A DNA stretch of 64,000 nt from NCBI RefSeq assembly GCF_006345805.1, contig NC_042999.1, positions 128,960,001-129,024,000 on the forward strand. Direction: 5' to 3'. Below the pieces are notes generated by a model. That model did no database searches and was not told where the DNA came from. It worked only from the letters and a program-made list of their open reading frames with translations. Below are positions 1 to 13,399 of the stretch, one piece after another. Numbering within the stretch: the first letter of the stretch is position 1; each line of letters begins with the position of its first letter. Source of the stretch: Octopus sinensis (Eukaryota). The position numbers and the translations under genes are program-made.

Positions 1-39
1 GATACAAATTGTTCTGTGAAGTTGTCCAAAATAAGGTCT

Positions 40-1020
40 TTTTTTTTTCAGTTTCCTTATTTACTCTACTCAACTGAGCATCATCACAGAGTCTGTCTTG
101 CTTTATAGAGGTTTTCAAATATTAGTTTAACTTGCAGGGTGATCTGTTACAACTGGTGATGGAAACTCCTATGGGTAAGAATATCAATTGGAAAGATGTT
201 TCCTTTGCCATGCTGAACAATAAATTCAAGATCTTCAAGTTTTGATATTTTCATATTGGCCCACCTTGATATCAATGTTCTACAATTCAAAATTCCTTCA
301 TACAACTGCTTTCCACCAACATCTGGACTGTAAAATTTACCCAAAATTTCACACTTTTCTAAATAATTATTGTCTGAATTGCAACACAGTTCTTTGACAT
401 TGAGAAGGAAACCAAACAAGCAAGCCTCTATTTTTCGTTCATGACTCTTTCCATTTCCTCCTTAGCTGTTAACATCATGCCTCTCAAGTTCTCATCAGCT
501 TTTCATTTCTTTCATTTCTGATATCTTTCAACTTTTTCAACTAACTCACTGACCAACATTACCTTTTTGTCATGAAAATGATCATAGAAAACTTTCAAAT
601 TCACGGAGGCACCATGGAGTTCATGTAAGGAATTTGTAGCCTCCTTTGAATACAGTTAATATTAGTGAGTACTTTGTTTAAAATGATCTTAACAGAGTCA
701 AGAAATTCTAATTCAAGATGCAGTTGTACAGCTGCCTTGCTTCACTTCACAGCCAACAGCCAATGACTTATTTATAGATAATGATAGTGATGAACAACTT
801 TATGCATTTAACTCCTGGTTCAGAGTGTGACATTTCTTTCTGCTTGTAAACTGTGTTGTGTCATTCACTCACTCTTTCATTTCCCATTAACTGCCTAACT
901 TCATACATGCTTTTATCAGCAGCATCACCAATATCTTGACTGTTTATCCTCTTTTTATCCGCATCTTGTTCAGTCAAGATTTAATTGCTTGACATCCAAG
1001 TAAGCATTCTTACATTTCTG
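40..1020 (-). mobile_element. Decayed hAT transposase fragment (C-terminal dimerization region)
   Basis: Minus-strand frames give FIVQHG..IFP, ILTIGVSITSCxRS..KL, QDRL-like and LDSVKIILNKVLTNINCIQRRLQ peptides, with frameshifts and stops. Confidence 0.65.
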
Positions 1021-1621
1021 TTACCCAACCATCTTGCCTTACCAAATGATCAAGGATGAGACTCATCCATAACATGTTAAATATAAGAAGATATTACAAG
1101 TTCCATCCAGTTATTTCAGTGATTCTACCAAAGAGAGTCTACAAACACTTTGATTATGTGCTCCTCCTCTTATGGGTTTTCTTTTTTCTTCCTTTCTGTC
1201 TTTCTTTCTTTGTTACCATTTTATTTTTTTCTGTCATCTAAAATGAGAGAAAATAGATTTAGCAGTGATTCTTTATGCAGAATTCATCAAAAATGAAAGT
1301 AATTCTAGCAGTATATTTTCATTTTCTGTAACCCCACCTTATTCATGTGTAACTAGCCAGTTTTCTCTCTTTATGGACATCTAATCTTAAATTACTGTCC
1401 CACCATTGTATGATGAAGTACATGGAAAAACAGATATGGCTTTTAAGATAAATTTCTCATTTCAGTTATTCTAATTAACAAACAGGTTTTGCAATGTTAT
1501 AAAAATCCCTACTTTTATAGTCATAAGGAGATAAACTTCATCATCAAGATATAGTAGTATTTTCTATCCTCATAATATAATCATGCGTGGTCTAAATAAT
1601 CTATTTTCATCTTATTATAAG

Positions 1622-1717
1622 GTTTATTTGTATACTCGCCAACGTATACCAACATTAAATGAATATTGTGTTGTTTGTGATCAAGCCCATTTATTTCAAA
1701 ACGGGTCAATGCTACAG
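1622..1717 (+). CDS. PARP6/PARP8: PARP6/8-like internal exon (VYLYTRQRIPTLNEYCVVCDQAHLFQNGSMLQ)
   Basis: ataag|GTT...CAG|gtaag; matches the PARP6/8 QRIPTLNEYCVVCD motif. Confidence 0.95.
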
Positions 1718-2503
1718 GTAAGTGGAACAATCATATTGCTAATATAGAGTTTGTTGAATTAAACTTTAGAAGTTCTCCCCACTTTTGTGGTATTGCTAAT
1801 ATATAGTTTGTTGATTTAAACTCTGGAAGTTTTTTTTCCCCTCTTTTGTTCCAAATGAAACCAATGTCCAAACAAATTGTTCCAATATCAAAAATTAACC
1901 ACATTATTAACCTCTACTCTATTATAGAATATCTGAGCAAAATAATTCTTTTAAATTTTTTAGCACAATGCCAGTAATTTGAGTAATGAGGAGCAAGTCG
2001 ATTACCTCAACTCCAGTGCTTGACTGGTACTTTATTTCATCAACCCCAAAAGGATGCCAGGCAAAGTTGACTTCAGCAGGATTTGAACTGAGAACATAAA
2101 GAACCAAAAGAAATGCTGCTAAGTCTTTTGTCTGATGCATTAACTATACTAATAGCTTGCTGCATTATCTGAACAAAATAACGAAAACAATAAGGAATAT
2201 TTATTCAATAATAAAAGAATTAGTGTTGTGCTGTTTCGCTTTCTGAAAGTTTGTAATGTTTACTTCCAGTTTTTAAGTAGGAAAATGTAATTTCAAATGC
2301 AAGCAAAATATATTTATACACTTATATTTAGACAATTAAGCATCATTTGGCTTGAATATCCATTTAAGTTAGAAAGGAAATTTAATGTGAAACTGTAGAA
2401 ATAAAAATAACTTTTCAAAAAGAAGTAACATATTAGCTTTTCCTCCTCAAGAAAATACTATTAACATTTTTTTCTTACAAACTTTTCTTTTAATCATTTC
2501 CAG

Positions 2504-2596
2504 CCTGCTGTCTGTGCTCGAGAGTTGTGTTCTTTTGCTTTCCAAGATCTTGGTGTAATGAGTACTGCCACCACTGCCATGGATACTGGTGCTGAG
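2504..2596 (+). CDS. PARP6/PARP8: PARP6/8-like exon (PAVCARELCSFAFQDLGVMSTATTAMDTGAE)
   Basis: ttccag|CCT...GAG|gtaag; homologous to PTVCERELCVFAFQTLGVM. Confidence 0.95.
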
Positions 2597-5084
2597 GTAA
2601 GCCTAGTGTCATGGGAAATAAAATATCTATACCTTTCTAGACTTGCTTAATATGTCTTATCCTTACCCAAGCCTACACTTTCCAATAAATGCTTTTCCTC
2701 TAACCCAGAGACTAGATTAAGCTAATTTTTGTTGAGGAGAGGGGAGAGTTAAGGAAATAACTACAGTGGTCTCACTTTTATTAATCTTGGAGAAAGGTAT
2801 CCTCAAGGATTTGTATTCCAAATGCATAAGTATAAAGCTGACTGTTGTGAGGTATCATCTAATGTTATGTTGTACAATGTTTGCAAATATATGTATGTAT
2901 GTTCTCTTCTATTTTAAATTATTTGAAGTTTTCTTGTAAGGGAGTAGCTTGTTTCTATCAAAGATACTAAGCTCTATTCTTGGAATGTTGATAACAAAAA
3001 CAATGTCACATTTTTATCTTGAGAAATGTCTTGTATATTTTTACTGTTCCACTACTGATTATATTTATAATGTGCTTGTTAACTGGTTGAATTCTTTTCC
3101 TGAAAACCCTGGTTTTACAAATTATCACATGAACATTTACTCACAAACCTAAGTGCAACAATTGTTATTGGTATAAATGTGAATATATAATCTGGATATA
3201 GAAGCTGGCGGTTTCAAAATTGTTGTCCATAGCTATCTTCATTTTCTTTGATATTCAAAGAGATGCATGTATTGTATGTATTGTATGTATGAATGTTTGT
3301 TTGTTTGTGTGTGGAAGGAGGGGTAAATAAGTATTATGTAATATAGTAAAGTATAGATGTCTTAATAATGTTTTTCCTTAAAATAATCTGGGAGTTAAAA
3401 CTCCAAGAGGATTCATTCATACATTTTATGAATTGTTATATAATTTTCACTTATTGCTAGATCTACCCAATCAAATGATTAGATCAGGATATGTACTTGC
3501 TTCAGTGTATAATCCGCCTAGAGAGCATGTAGTTGTGTCTGAATGAAGGTGAATGTGACACAACTTGGTCAAAATTGTGATTCCTTTCTTGTTGGACAAG
3601 ATCTAACTTCAAGTACATTTTAGAATATATTCTTATCCAGAATTACTTCATCCATATGCTGTATAGGGAGCAACAGAATTTTTCTAATAAAATGCATTTG
3701 TATGCATTAAATTATATATTAACCATCAATTTGAGATAAAAAATGTGAGACACTGGTGGAAGAAATACAACTCTGCATAGCTAAATCTTGACATATTCTA
3801 GACAAGATGTCAACTTTATGACTTAGTCAGTGTTTAGTATAGCAGGGAGACAGCTGTATTGTAATTTGGAAGGGAGAAAGCCATGAACTACCTGTAGTAT
3901 TAATAGTAGCAGGTTTATCCATTTCACAACAGATGCATAATTCGTAATTCGGTATTATTATTCAATCTTAAATGCATTACATTTAAGGTTGTGTACATTA
4001 CATCTTAACTGCTAGTTTACTTGTGTGTGTATGACAGAAGCCCTCTTCGCAACCATGTGGTTTTGGGTTCAGTCCCCAGCATGGCACCTTCAGAAAAGTG
4101 TGTTCTACTATAGGTCCAAGCCAACCAATGCTTTGTGAGTGAATTTGGGAGATGGAAACTATGTGGAAGCCTGTCATTTATATATATGCATATATAGGAT
4201 ATGTTATGTGCGTGTATGTCTTTGTGTGTATGTTTGCCTCCCCCACCACACCATTTGATAACTGGCTTTGGTTTCTTTATATCCTTGTAACTTAACAGTT
4301 TAACAAAAAAGACAAATAGAATAGCTGTCAGAAAAATAAGTACTGAGGCTGATTTGTTTTATTAAACCCTTCAAGGCAGTGCCCCAACATTATAGCAGTC
4401 CAATGATTGAATCAAGTAAAAATAAAAGACAAAAAATAGCAACTACAACATAACATTTACTGGCTGGTTGAGTATTATAGGACAACTGAAATAATTTTTT
4501 GATGTTCTTATGGCAAAATAATCCAATTCTAACTATATGTATAAATATATTTACACGAGTAAGCACATAAATGTGAAACAAGGTGGAAAAAAATAATACT
4601 TGAATACCAGAGGTAGAGTAATATTCTTTTATTTTCATTGTTATTATTATTATTAAAGCTACAAAAATATCACAAAAAACTGCTACTCAGAGTTTCACGT
4701 TCCCATTTGTCAGGCTGTTGAGAACAATGTAATCGCAAATGCCTGACAAACGGTAATTATTTTGTCCAACCCCTGTATATATGTATGTGTGTATGTCTTT
4801 GTGTCCATGAATGTCCCCCATCACCACTTGACAACTAGTGTTTGGTGTGCTGTGTGCTTATGTGCTTACATCTATGTAACTTAGCAGTTCAGCAAAAGAA
4901 ACAGATAGAATAAGTACTAGCCTTAAAAAAATAAGTCCTGAGGTCGATATCTTTGACTAAAACCCTCCAAGGTGGTGCTCCAGCATGGCTGCAGTCAAAT
5001 GACCAGAACAAATGAGTAGAAGATTATATACTCTGAAAAATTTCCGCTAGCACACACATGGAGTACAACATGTTTGTTTATCTT

Positions 5085-6383
5085 TATCTTTTACCTTTTA
5101 CTTGTTTCAGTCATTGGACTGTGGTCATGCTGGGGCACCACCTTGAACAGTTTAGTCAAACAAATCAAGCCTAGTATATATTTTAGAAGGTGGTGACTTA
5201 TTCTATTTATCTCGTTTGCCAAACCACTTAGTTACAGGGATGTAAATAAACCAACAGGTTGCCAAGCAGTGGTGTATGACAAAAACATAGACAAAGATAC
5301 ACACATAGAAATATATATATATTGGGTCAACCCATAAATAATATGGTTTTTTCAATTGCATGAACTAAAAGTCAGAGGGGGGACATGATAAACTACCTGC
5401 ATCAACTTGCTATAAAAGCAGGTAGAAATTTTACCTTGTCCTTATTCTTAGAGAAAGTTTTGAAGAGTGAAGTTTGATTTTAACAGTTATTTTTTAAAGC
5501 TATAATGGAAGTGACAAAGCATATTCAGCATATTTTGCTTTATGAGTTCAATAAAGGCAACAACGCAATGGAAAGTGCGAGGAATATTAATGCAGTATAT
5601 GAGGATTGGACAATAGTGGTTCCAGAAATTCCAAGCTGGAAACTATAGCCTAGAAGACAAGCTTCATCCTGGAATATCAGTAGAGCTCGACAAGTATGTC
5701 CTGCAAACCCTAATGGAACAAAATCCCATCGTAACTGTTGAGGGACTAGTAGAAAAGCTTGAATTTGGTCATTCAACCAGTCATTCAAGTCAGCACTAGA
5801 AGAAAAATGACTATCTTTGGTTTCAAGCTGAAAGGTGTTCTTCCATCAGGATAACGCTTGACCACATACAGTGAGGATGACATTCCAAAGGCTGGAGCAG
5901 TTTAAATGGGAAATGATGCCCTACCTACTATATTCACTGGACATTGCCCCATCTGATTATCATTTATTCTACAGTCTTCAAAATCATTTGGACAGAAAAA
6001 ATATGAATTCTGTAGACAAGGTCAGAACAGTACTAGAGGAGTATTTTTCATCATGGACGAGGGAAATTTGGAAGAAGGGCCATACAAGTCTACCAGATGG
6101 AAGGAAAATGAAGAAAAGTATATTTTAGATTAAGAAAGAACTTGGAAAAATAAAAGAAGTATAAAAAAGCCACATTGTTTATGGGATGACTCGATATATA
6201 TTTATATATATGCATACACACACATGATGGGCTTCTTTCAGTTTCTGTCTACCAAATCTATTCACAAGGCTTTGGTTGACCCAAGGCTATAGTAGAAGAC
6301 ACTTGTCCAAAATTACCATTAAGTGGGGTTGAACCCAGAACTATTGGTTGGGAAGCAAATTTCTTACCATACAGCCATGCCTG
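5085..6383 (-). mobile_element. Same SINE family, split by the mariner insertion
   Basis: 3' half at 5085-5320 and 5' half at 6195-6383 rejoin into one SINE when 5322-6194 is removed. Confidence 0.8.
5322..6194 (+). mobile_element. Internally deleted mariner transposon with TIRs
   Basis: TIRs TTGGGTCAACCCATAAATAATATGG / revcomp TCGAGTCATCCCATAAACAATGTGG, TA-flanked. Transposase remnants: MEVTK..HILLYEFNKG, WFQKFQAGNYSLED, YSLDIAPSDYHLF (YSPDLAPSD motif). Confidence 0.9.
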
Positions 6384-6517
6384 ACAACAACAAAAGATAT
6401 AAGAATAAAATGACTCAAAACTAGACATCATGATTGCTAGCTGTTGTTGTTTCTGTTATTGTTGCTATTGTCATTTGAAGTAGCATTCCTACAATTAATT
6501 CTAATGACTTCTTACAG

Positions 6518-6643
6518 GTTGTTGACTTGTTAATATCAATGACAAAAGCTGCCTGCAAATCTAACCGCCGTGATATCATCTTTAACCCTTATCCTACAAT
6601 CATAGATCCAGAAAAACCCACAGAGTTTGGCCTTCATCCTAAG
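6518..6643 (+). CDS. PARP6/PARP8: PARP6/8-like exon (VVDLLISMTKAACKSNRRDIIFNPYPTIIDPEKPTEFGLHPK)
   Basis: ttacag|GTT...AAG|gtaat; VVDLL...IFxPYP motif. Confidence 0.95.
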
Positions 6644-6904
6644 GTAATATCATTTTATGTGAATAATATGTAAAAATTTTTATATGTTTTCCTTGAGTAT
6701 TTTGAATATTCACATTTTTTATTGAATTTTTTAATACTAATTACTTTATATGCAGTTTTTGTCTAAGTTGTTTCTACAGCAATTCCTTGTGTTAGTTTCT
6801 TAGAAAATGGTTGCTAATTTCCATTATTGCCCTAGATATTTTTGGCTGTATCTCAGGAGGGTCATTATGCCAATAATAAACTCATGCACTGCTTCTATTT
6901 CTCT

Positions 6905-6959
6905 GTTATTATCATTATTATTACTATTATTATTACTATCATTATTATTATTATTATTA

Positions 6960-7007
<48 letters not shown>
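6905..7007. repeat. (ATT)n microsatellite
   Basis: Direct reading of the tandem trinucleotide. Confidence 0.95.
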
Positions 7008-7008
<1 letters not shown>

Positions 7009-7660
7009 GTTTTTTCCTTCTTTCTTCAAATTTTCTTCCGTTTCTCGCTGAGTGTTTTCCATACACCTAAGGCAGAGAAGGGCATTGTATGCATTCCCAG
7101 ATTACACGTGCAGATTCACAGATAAAATATGTATTTAAAAATTAATAAATAAATAAATTCATGGATGGATGTTATTTTCACAGCAATAGTGCTCTTCTCA
7201 GTACATGAGCCGTTCCAGTTAATACGATTTTTTGCACTTTCTGTAGGGATGGTAAGCCTGGAATCATTTACAAATAGGTTTCAGTACCTTTTTTTATCAT
7301 TCCTAGAGATCCTACAATCACTGGTACTGTAGTCGCCTTGAGATACCACATTTTTTCAATTTCCATTAGCAGGTCTTTATATTTACTAATCTTGTCAAAT
7401 TCTTTCGCTGCTATATTGTGATCACAGGGAATACTCATGTCAATTAATAAACACATCCTTTTTGTCTGATCTTTTATAATGACATCCGGTTTATAGGCTT
7501 TTATAGTCCTGTCGGTCTGCACGGGGAAGTCCCATAGAATCGACACATTTTCTCCCTCAGTCACAACTTCAGGATGATGTTTATACCATTTGTCAGCGGT
7601 TTTGATTTTATAATGCCGACATATTGTCCAGTGTAAATACTGGCCAACTCTGTCATGTCT
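7008..7660 (-). mobile_element. 5'-truncated Dong/R4-type non-LTR retrotransposon (RLE endonuclease C-terminus plus 3' UTR)
   Basis: RHDRVGQYLHWTICRHY..LWDFPVQTDRTIKAYKPDVIIKD..LLIDMSIP..KEFDKISKYKDL..PVIVGSLG; flanked on both sides by (AAT)n. Confidence 0.85.
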
Positions 7661-7671
7661 TGTTATTATTA

Positions 7672-7730
<59 letters not shown>
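7661..7730. repeat. (ATT)n microsatellite
   Basis: Direct reading of the tandem trinucleotide. Confidence 0.95.
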
Positions 7731-7731
<1 letters not shown>

Positions 7732-8401
7732 CTTCCAATTAGAAGGCTAGAACGTTGGTGGAAGCTTGACAGGTTTTTTTTGTTATCAAAACTACTGTCT
7801 TCATTGATATTATTGTTTAAAAGGGAGCGTAAGACAATAGTCTTTATCCCCAGAAAAAAGAACTATTTGGGCCTTGTGCCCAAATATAAGTATTTGCGAA
7901 ATGTTTATATGTTCAGAAGTGAAAAATGGCATGGAGGGGTGTAAAATAAGTACCAGTTGAACATTAGTGTCAATTTAATTGACTTACACCCTTTCACAAA
8001 CCTGCTGGCCTTGTACCAAAATTTGAAACCATTATTATTATTGTTAGTCAATTTGGAAACATTTAAACAATTAACTATTTGATTGTTTGATTAGTTGTTT
8101 GGTCAATCAATCAATCAGCTAGGTTTGTCAAAGTTGATTAGTTAATTGGTTCAATGTTAATAAACTGATCAAAAGAAGTGAAACATGTTTATTATTGATA
8201 TAATGACTCTCCCAAGATACAACAAATCTGTTTCAACATATGGGTTTGTATCAAATATCTTGCAAACCAAATACAATAATGAAACTTAGTTTCATTTCAG
8301 TTAACTCCAGAAAAATTTATTTTTAATTGTGTTTGTTTTTAGTCTTCCTTCTACTCCTCATTCCTTTTCTCTTCTGTTCAATAATCCAATCTTTGTTACA
8401 G

Positions 8402-8535
8402 CATAAAGACTACAAAAAAGTGAAATCTATTTTAAAAGTGTTTCCAACAATGTCAGAGATGTTATGGAACTCTGGGAAAGATTTACAGAAAATTATGGAT
8501 GAAAGGAACCGTTTAGCTTATCCATTGTTGCAATG
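8402..8535 (+). CDS. PARP6/PARP8: PARP6/8-like exon (HKDYKKVKSILKVFPTMSEMLWNSGKDLQKIMDERNRLAYPLLQW)
   Basis: ttacag|CAT...TG|gtaag; LAxPLLQW motif. Confidence 0.95.
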
Positions 8536-9680
8536 GTAAGTCTTTGCATCATGATACAACTAAATCTCACTCTAGTCTGATTCACTTTCATTACAAATAA
8601 ATGGGACAGAATGTCACATAGTGACTTCCAACAACTTTAATCTTTTAGCACTCAGATTACTTTGTCAAATGTAATACTTATTTATTTACATTGTTTTGAA
8701 TTAATCATGCACTATCTCATAGCTTTGAGACTTTGACTATGTGGCTACTTAATTTTAGAATGATATGAAGGGGTTGGCGTGAGAGGCTGGATTTGGCCAG
8801 TTTGAACATAAAAGAGTAGAATATTTTGGATGGATATAGAAGAATTAAATACTAAATGGTTAAAATGTACTGCAGACAGCTCAAAATGACACACTGTTGG
8901 TGACTGATAAAATAAATTCTCACTGCTTAAGAATTATAAAATTGCTATTATACAATTATACATTAGAATATAAGAAAATACTATTTGACCAGCATTCTAA
9001 CTTAATTGATTTCTCAGTCAATTGTTTTGGTAGATTGCCTGTTTTTTATTTTTTATTTGTTTCAGTCATTAAATTGTAGCCATGCTTTGAAAAATTTTTG
9101 TCAAATAAATCAACCCCAGTACTTATTCTTATTTTAAAGTTTGGTTCTTATTCTTTTTTTAATGCTTTTTAAAGCTTATTCTATCAGGCTCTTATGCTGA
9201 ATCATTAGATCATGGGTACATAAGCATACCAATACTGGTTGTTAAACAGTGGTGGGGGATAAACACACACACACATGCACAAATTTATACACACACACAA
9301 ACACACACAATGAGGTTCCTTTCAGTTTCCATCTACCAAATTCACTCACAAGGCTTTGGTCAGCCTGAGGCTATAGTAGAAGACACTTGTGCAAGATGCC
9401 ACACAGTGATACTGAACCTGGAACCACGTGGTTGGGAAACAAACTTCTTACCGCACCACAGCAATACCTTTGCCTAAACATTTTTATTAAAATCTTATCT
9501 TTAAGATGTTTTGGAAGATGTGAGCTATCCTAAAAGCTGAAACAGTCATAGAATTATCGCAATTCTCAGCCTGTTTTAGTCATATCGAAATTTGTGCAAG
9601 TAACTATCATACGATAATCTTGCTCTTTTATATTATATTTTGCATGTTTGCTAAGTATTCCTTTCCAATGTTTTTTTCAG

Positions 9681-9729
9681 GATTATCACAAGTAACAGAT
9701 CCCATATTGTTAAACTGCCTCCAACAGAT
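9681..9729 (+). CDS. PARP6/PARP8: PARP6/8-like exon (IITSNRSHIVKLPPTD)
   Basis: tttcag|G ATT...GAT|gtaagt; SNRSHIVKLP motif. Confidence 0.95.
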
Positions 9730-10586
9730 GTAAGTAAATTATTATTCAGTTTTATTTTTATGTTATTGAAAAGTTTATCTATATGAAAAGAAATGCAGTT
9801 GTTTTTTTTTAACTTTGGTGGGATTAGTGATGTCTATAATCCTCAGCAAAATGTAATATTTGATTTTTCCACGAAAAAATTAGCATTTTGCACAAGAAAC
9901 AAATATTTTATTTAATTTGCTAACAAAGTTGATATATTTTACTCAATTGATATGATATTTCATTATATATACACACACACAGTAGGCTTCTTTCAGTTTC
10001 TGTCTATCAAATCCACTCACAAGACTATAGTAGAAGACACTTGTCCAAAGTGACACACAATGGGACTGAGCCCACTGTGATTGGGAAGCTGACCTCTCAG
10101 CTATGCAACTATGCCTGTCCTATTTAGAAGAAAGAATCTTTAGTAGAAATATTGATGATTTTGAAGTTATAGTTATTTGGAAAGTGACTTGATATGAAGC
10201 CATATGTTGAAAGTGAAACAATGACACCATAGAAGAGTCATTTTAACCATCTAAAAATGCACAGAAACTCTTGCATTCACTTTACCTTTATCTTTTAATA
10301 GTAGTCTGCTATGGTGTTCCAGACATATCATAACACTTCTGCAATGTTATCACCAATACAATTCACTGCATTTCGTCTTCCATTATGATATTCCTGTGTA
10401 ATAATGGTTCTTCTAGATGTGAAATTTTAACTAAGTTTACAAGATTTATTGAAAAGAAATTTTTTTTTTTTAAAGAAAAAACTGTACACTATTAACAGAA
10501 ATATAGCTGTGATATATCTCTAATTTACTTCTCAGTGATTGTCTTACCCTTGATATTAAGTAACTGAATTCTTTATTCTGTTTCAG

Positions 10587-10699
10587 CAACTGACATTTAT
10601 GCATACCAACCACCAGTTTTTACTGCTCAGTGCAGCTCCAGCTAAAGAAGAAATATTCCGTACAGCAAGAGACAGACATGGCAGCACATTTGCTTTCCA
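10587..10699 (+). CDS. PARP6/PARP8: PARP6/8-like exon (QLTFMHTNHQFLLLSAAPAKEEIFRTARDRHGSTFAFH)
   Basis: tttcag|CAA...CA|gtaag; the catalytic His codon is split across the next intron. Confidence 0.95.
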
Positions 10700-12691
10700 G
10701 TAAGTTTTGTAGCATTAGTTGCTTATGAAGTCCAAAGATTCATCTTCACTTCTTACTGTTTTATGACAGAGCTTCAAAATCTAAATGTGTACACACTTAC
10801 TGAGATTTCATAATAATGCTTTCAAACATAAAATACACTAAATATTCTTTACTAATGTTCCTAAGCATAAAATACTCTAAGAAATACTCTATTGTATAAT
10901 TCAGCAGTTAGTATAAATGTACATTATGTTTCTGAAGACTTCTCAGATTTTATTTCTTTCCATTTACCATAAAACCCCATGTAATTTATGCACTTTCTTT
11001 GCAAAAGTAAAGATAAACTTTAGGGGTGCGTAAATTACATGTGTAAATAATTTCCGGAATTTGTTTTGAAACTTCTTTTTATTGAGAAAGGATGTACAAA
11101 ACATAAACATTTGTACTGGAAGTTGACTCATTTAATGTCAGAATAGGTTTTTATTTATGCTGGACAGTATAATGCTTATTTTTTCTGTATAAATTTACTA
11201 AAACCACCAAATGGTTAACTAGTTTTTGAAGTCTGACATTCATGCTGGTAAACATGGTCCATGCCATATTTTACTTTGCTTGGAGTTTCTGTCTATCACA
11301 ATGTAGCACATATTCAATTTCTCTTTCATAATAAATGATTCATAAGTTCTGCCCATACTGACAATAATGGTAATGACAAATTTTTAAGTTTGCTCGACAT
11401 TTTATAAGTGTGAAAGGGGTTAAAATTTCGATACTCCGTATCAAAGGTTCTGACAAGAATAGGCAGAAAAGAATTCTGTTTACATAATCAGCTTGATCAG
11501 TTACCTTCCTCAGTTGGTTGAGTAAAGTGTCATCCAAGTTGATGTTTATTGGTAATTAAACTTAATTTGCAACACCAATGCATATTTATCGGCTTTGTTT
11601 TTGTTGGTAATTCTCATCAACAACTTTTCCTGTGATCTTGATTTGAGAAGACATACAGCAGTATGCTAAAGATCAGACATAATCTCTTGTTGGCAAGAAA
11701 TGTAAAATAAAGTTTATTATAAACAACACGAACACTTTATAATTTAATACCTTTCAATGTGATACCTGTTAAACAGAAATAATTTTTATTTAATGAAAAT
11801 TTAATAAAATCTAATCAGAAGCAAGTGAAATTATATTAAATACAACTAAATTGAAAACCTTTTCCCCCTGGCTATATCAGCAATTCTCAAAACTTTTAGG
11901 TGCAAATTTTCCATAAGTAGAAGCCTTTTTTTTTTAACAAATTTTATCCTGAAATCACCTGTGTAAATTACATGGGTTTTTATGGTACATTTTATTAGGA
12001 GCTCTTAATTAAAGTCAGCTATTGTTTTAGGTGCAATCAACAATTTTTAACTCCATAAAACTATCTAGTAATATTAAATGCTTTTCTAACTTATAACTTC
12101 ATTATTTCTAGTAATTGTATTAATGATGATTGTCTTAAAACATTTGGTCTTGTTTGCTGAAGTTTTCCCTAACTACAATACTTCTCTTATATTTATCTAG
12201 CCAAAGTGTCTTATAAGAACAATTCTGTATCAACATAACTCACATTTAAAAAATCTTTAAGAATATGGAACAACTTTGTCTAAGCATATCTTGATTTGAA
12301 AGAAGCAGGATCTGTTGTGTTTGAAATTAATTACCAATTATTAATCATACCATACCATTTGAATTTCCAATCAGATCTGCATTGCTGGTTTTGTTTAAAT
12401 TAAAAGTTGGTAATCCTAAGAGTGAGAAAGAGGCTTCATTTTTCAGATATTCTATAAAGTATTTACTTCATGACTTCAATCCTCTAAGTAATTAAATCAA
12501 AGCAACCAAATTATAACCATTGAATTACAATGATAGAAATGTTTTCCTCTCTGACTTTTTTTTATATCTCTGTTTAAAAACTACTGCTTTTTAACTATTA
12601 CAAATTTCATTTTTGCATTGAATTTGTCATTTCATACTTTTTCACATATGCTCATACATTGTTTTTATATTATATATTTCCTTGTAAGATT

Positions 12692-12898
12692 GTGAGCTGG
12701 CGGAAACGTTAGCACACCAGGTGAAATGCTTAGTGGTATTTCATGTCTTTACATTCTGAGTTCAAATTCTGCTGAGGTCAACTTTGCCTTTCATCCTTTT
12801 GGGGTTGATAAATTAAGTACCAGTTGCATACTGGGTCGGTCTAATCGACTGGCCCCTCTCCCCAAATTTCAGGCCTTGTGCTTAGAGTAGAAAAGATT
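12692..12898 (+). mobile_element. tRNA-derived SINE, second family (core CTTTGCCTTTCATCCTTTCGGGGTCGATAAATTAAGTACCAG)
   Basis: GTGAGCTGGCGGAAACGTTAGCAC head and GAGTTCAAATT B box. Related copies at about 1975-2150(-), 7850-8030, 22200-22370, 36180-36296(-) and 57440-57645. Confidence 0.82.
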
Positions 12899-13399
12899 CT
12901 ATATTTTCTTGTATAGTATGAACCATTTTATAGCATTATTTTCATTTTGCCATTGTCAAAGGTTTATTTTTGTTATAAGATTTTTCAAACAGCAGTCATT
13001 GGTAATCTAATCAGCCAATAGTATTCTTTTGTTATTTTCTACTAACCAACCAGTGCTTGCTATGTGATTACGAATCTTTTTTTTTCCTGTATATTTTATT
13101 TATATTTTAAATTCTATGTTCCATTTTCCATAATCACCTGAAGATTAGCAATGGGAAATTTAGAATAACAACTTGTGAAGTTTCAGCTTGTAATTATATC
13201 ATATTTAAAAGAACATGTTATATCTTATTTTTGAAGCTGTAATTACTCTGAAACCTTGAGTTTCCCATTATAGCTACCTTACCTACAATGCTAATGGATT
13301 TGAAAAATTCCATGAGGTTGGTACTGAAGATTGGGATGTATAATATCTTTATTTGGGTCTGCCCCAACCATTATGTTTAATTGTAAATTTAATGGTTGG

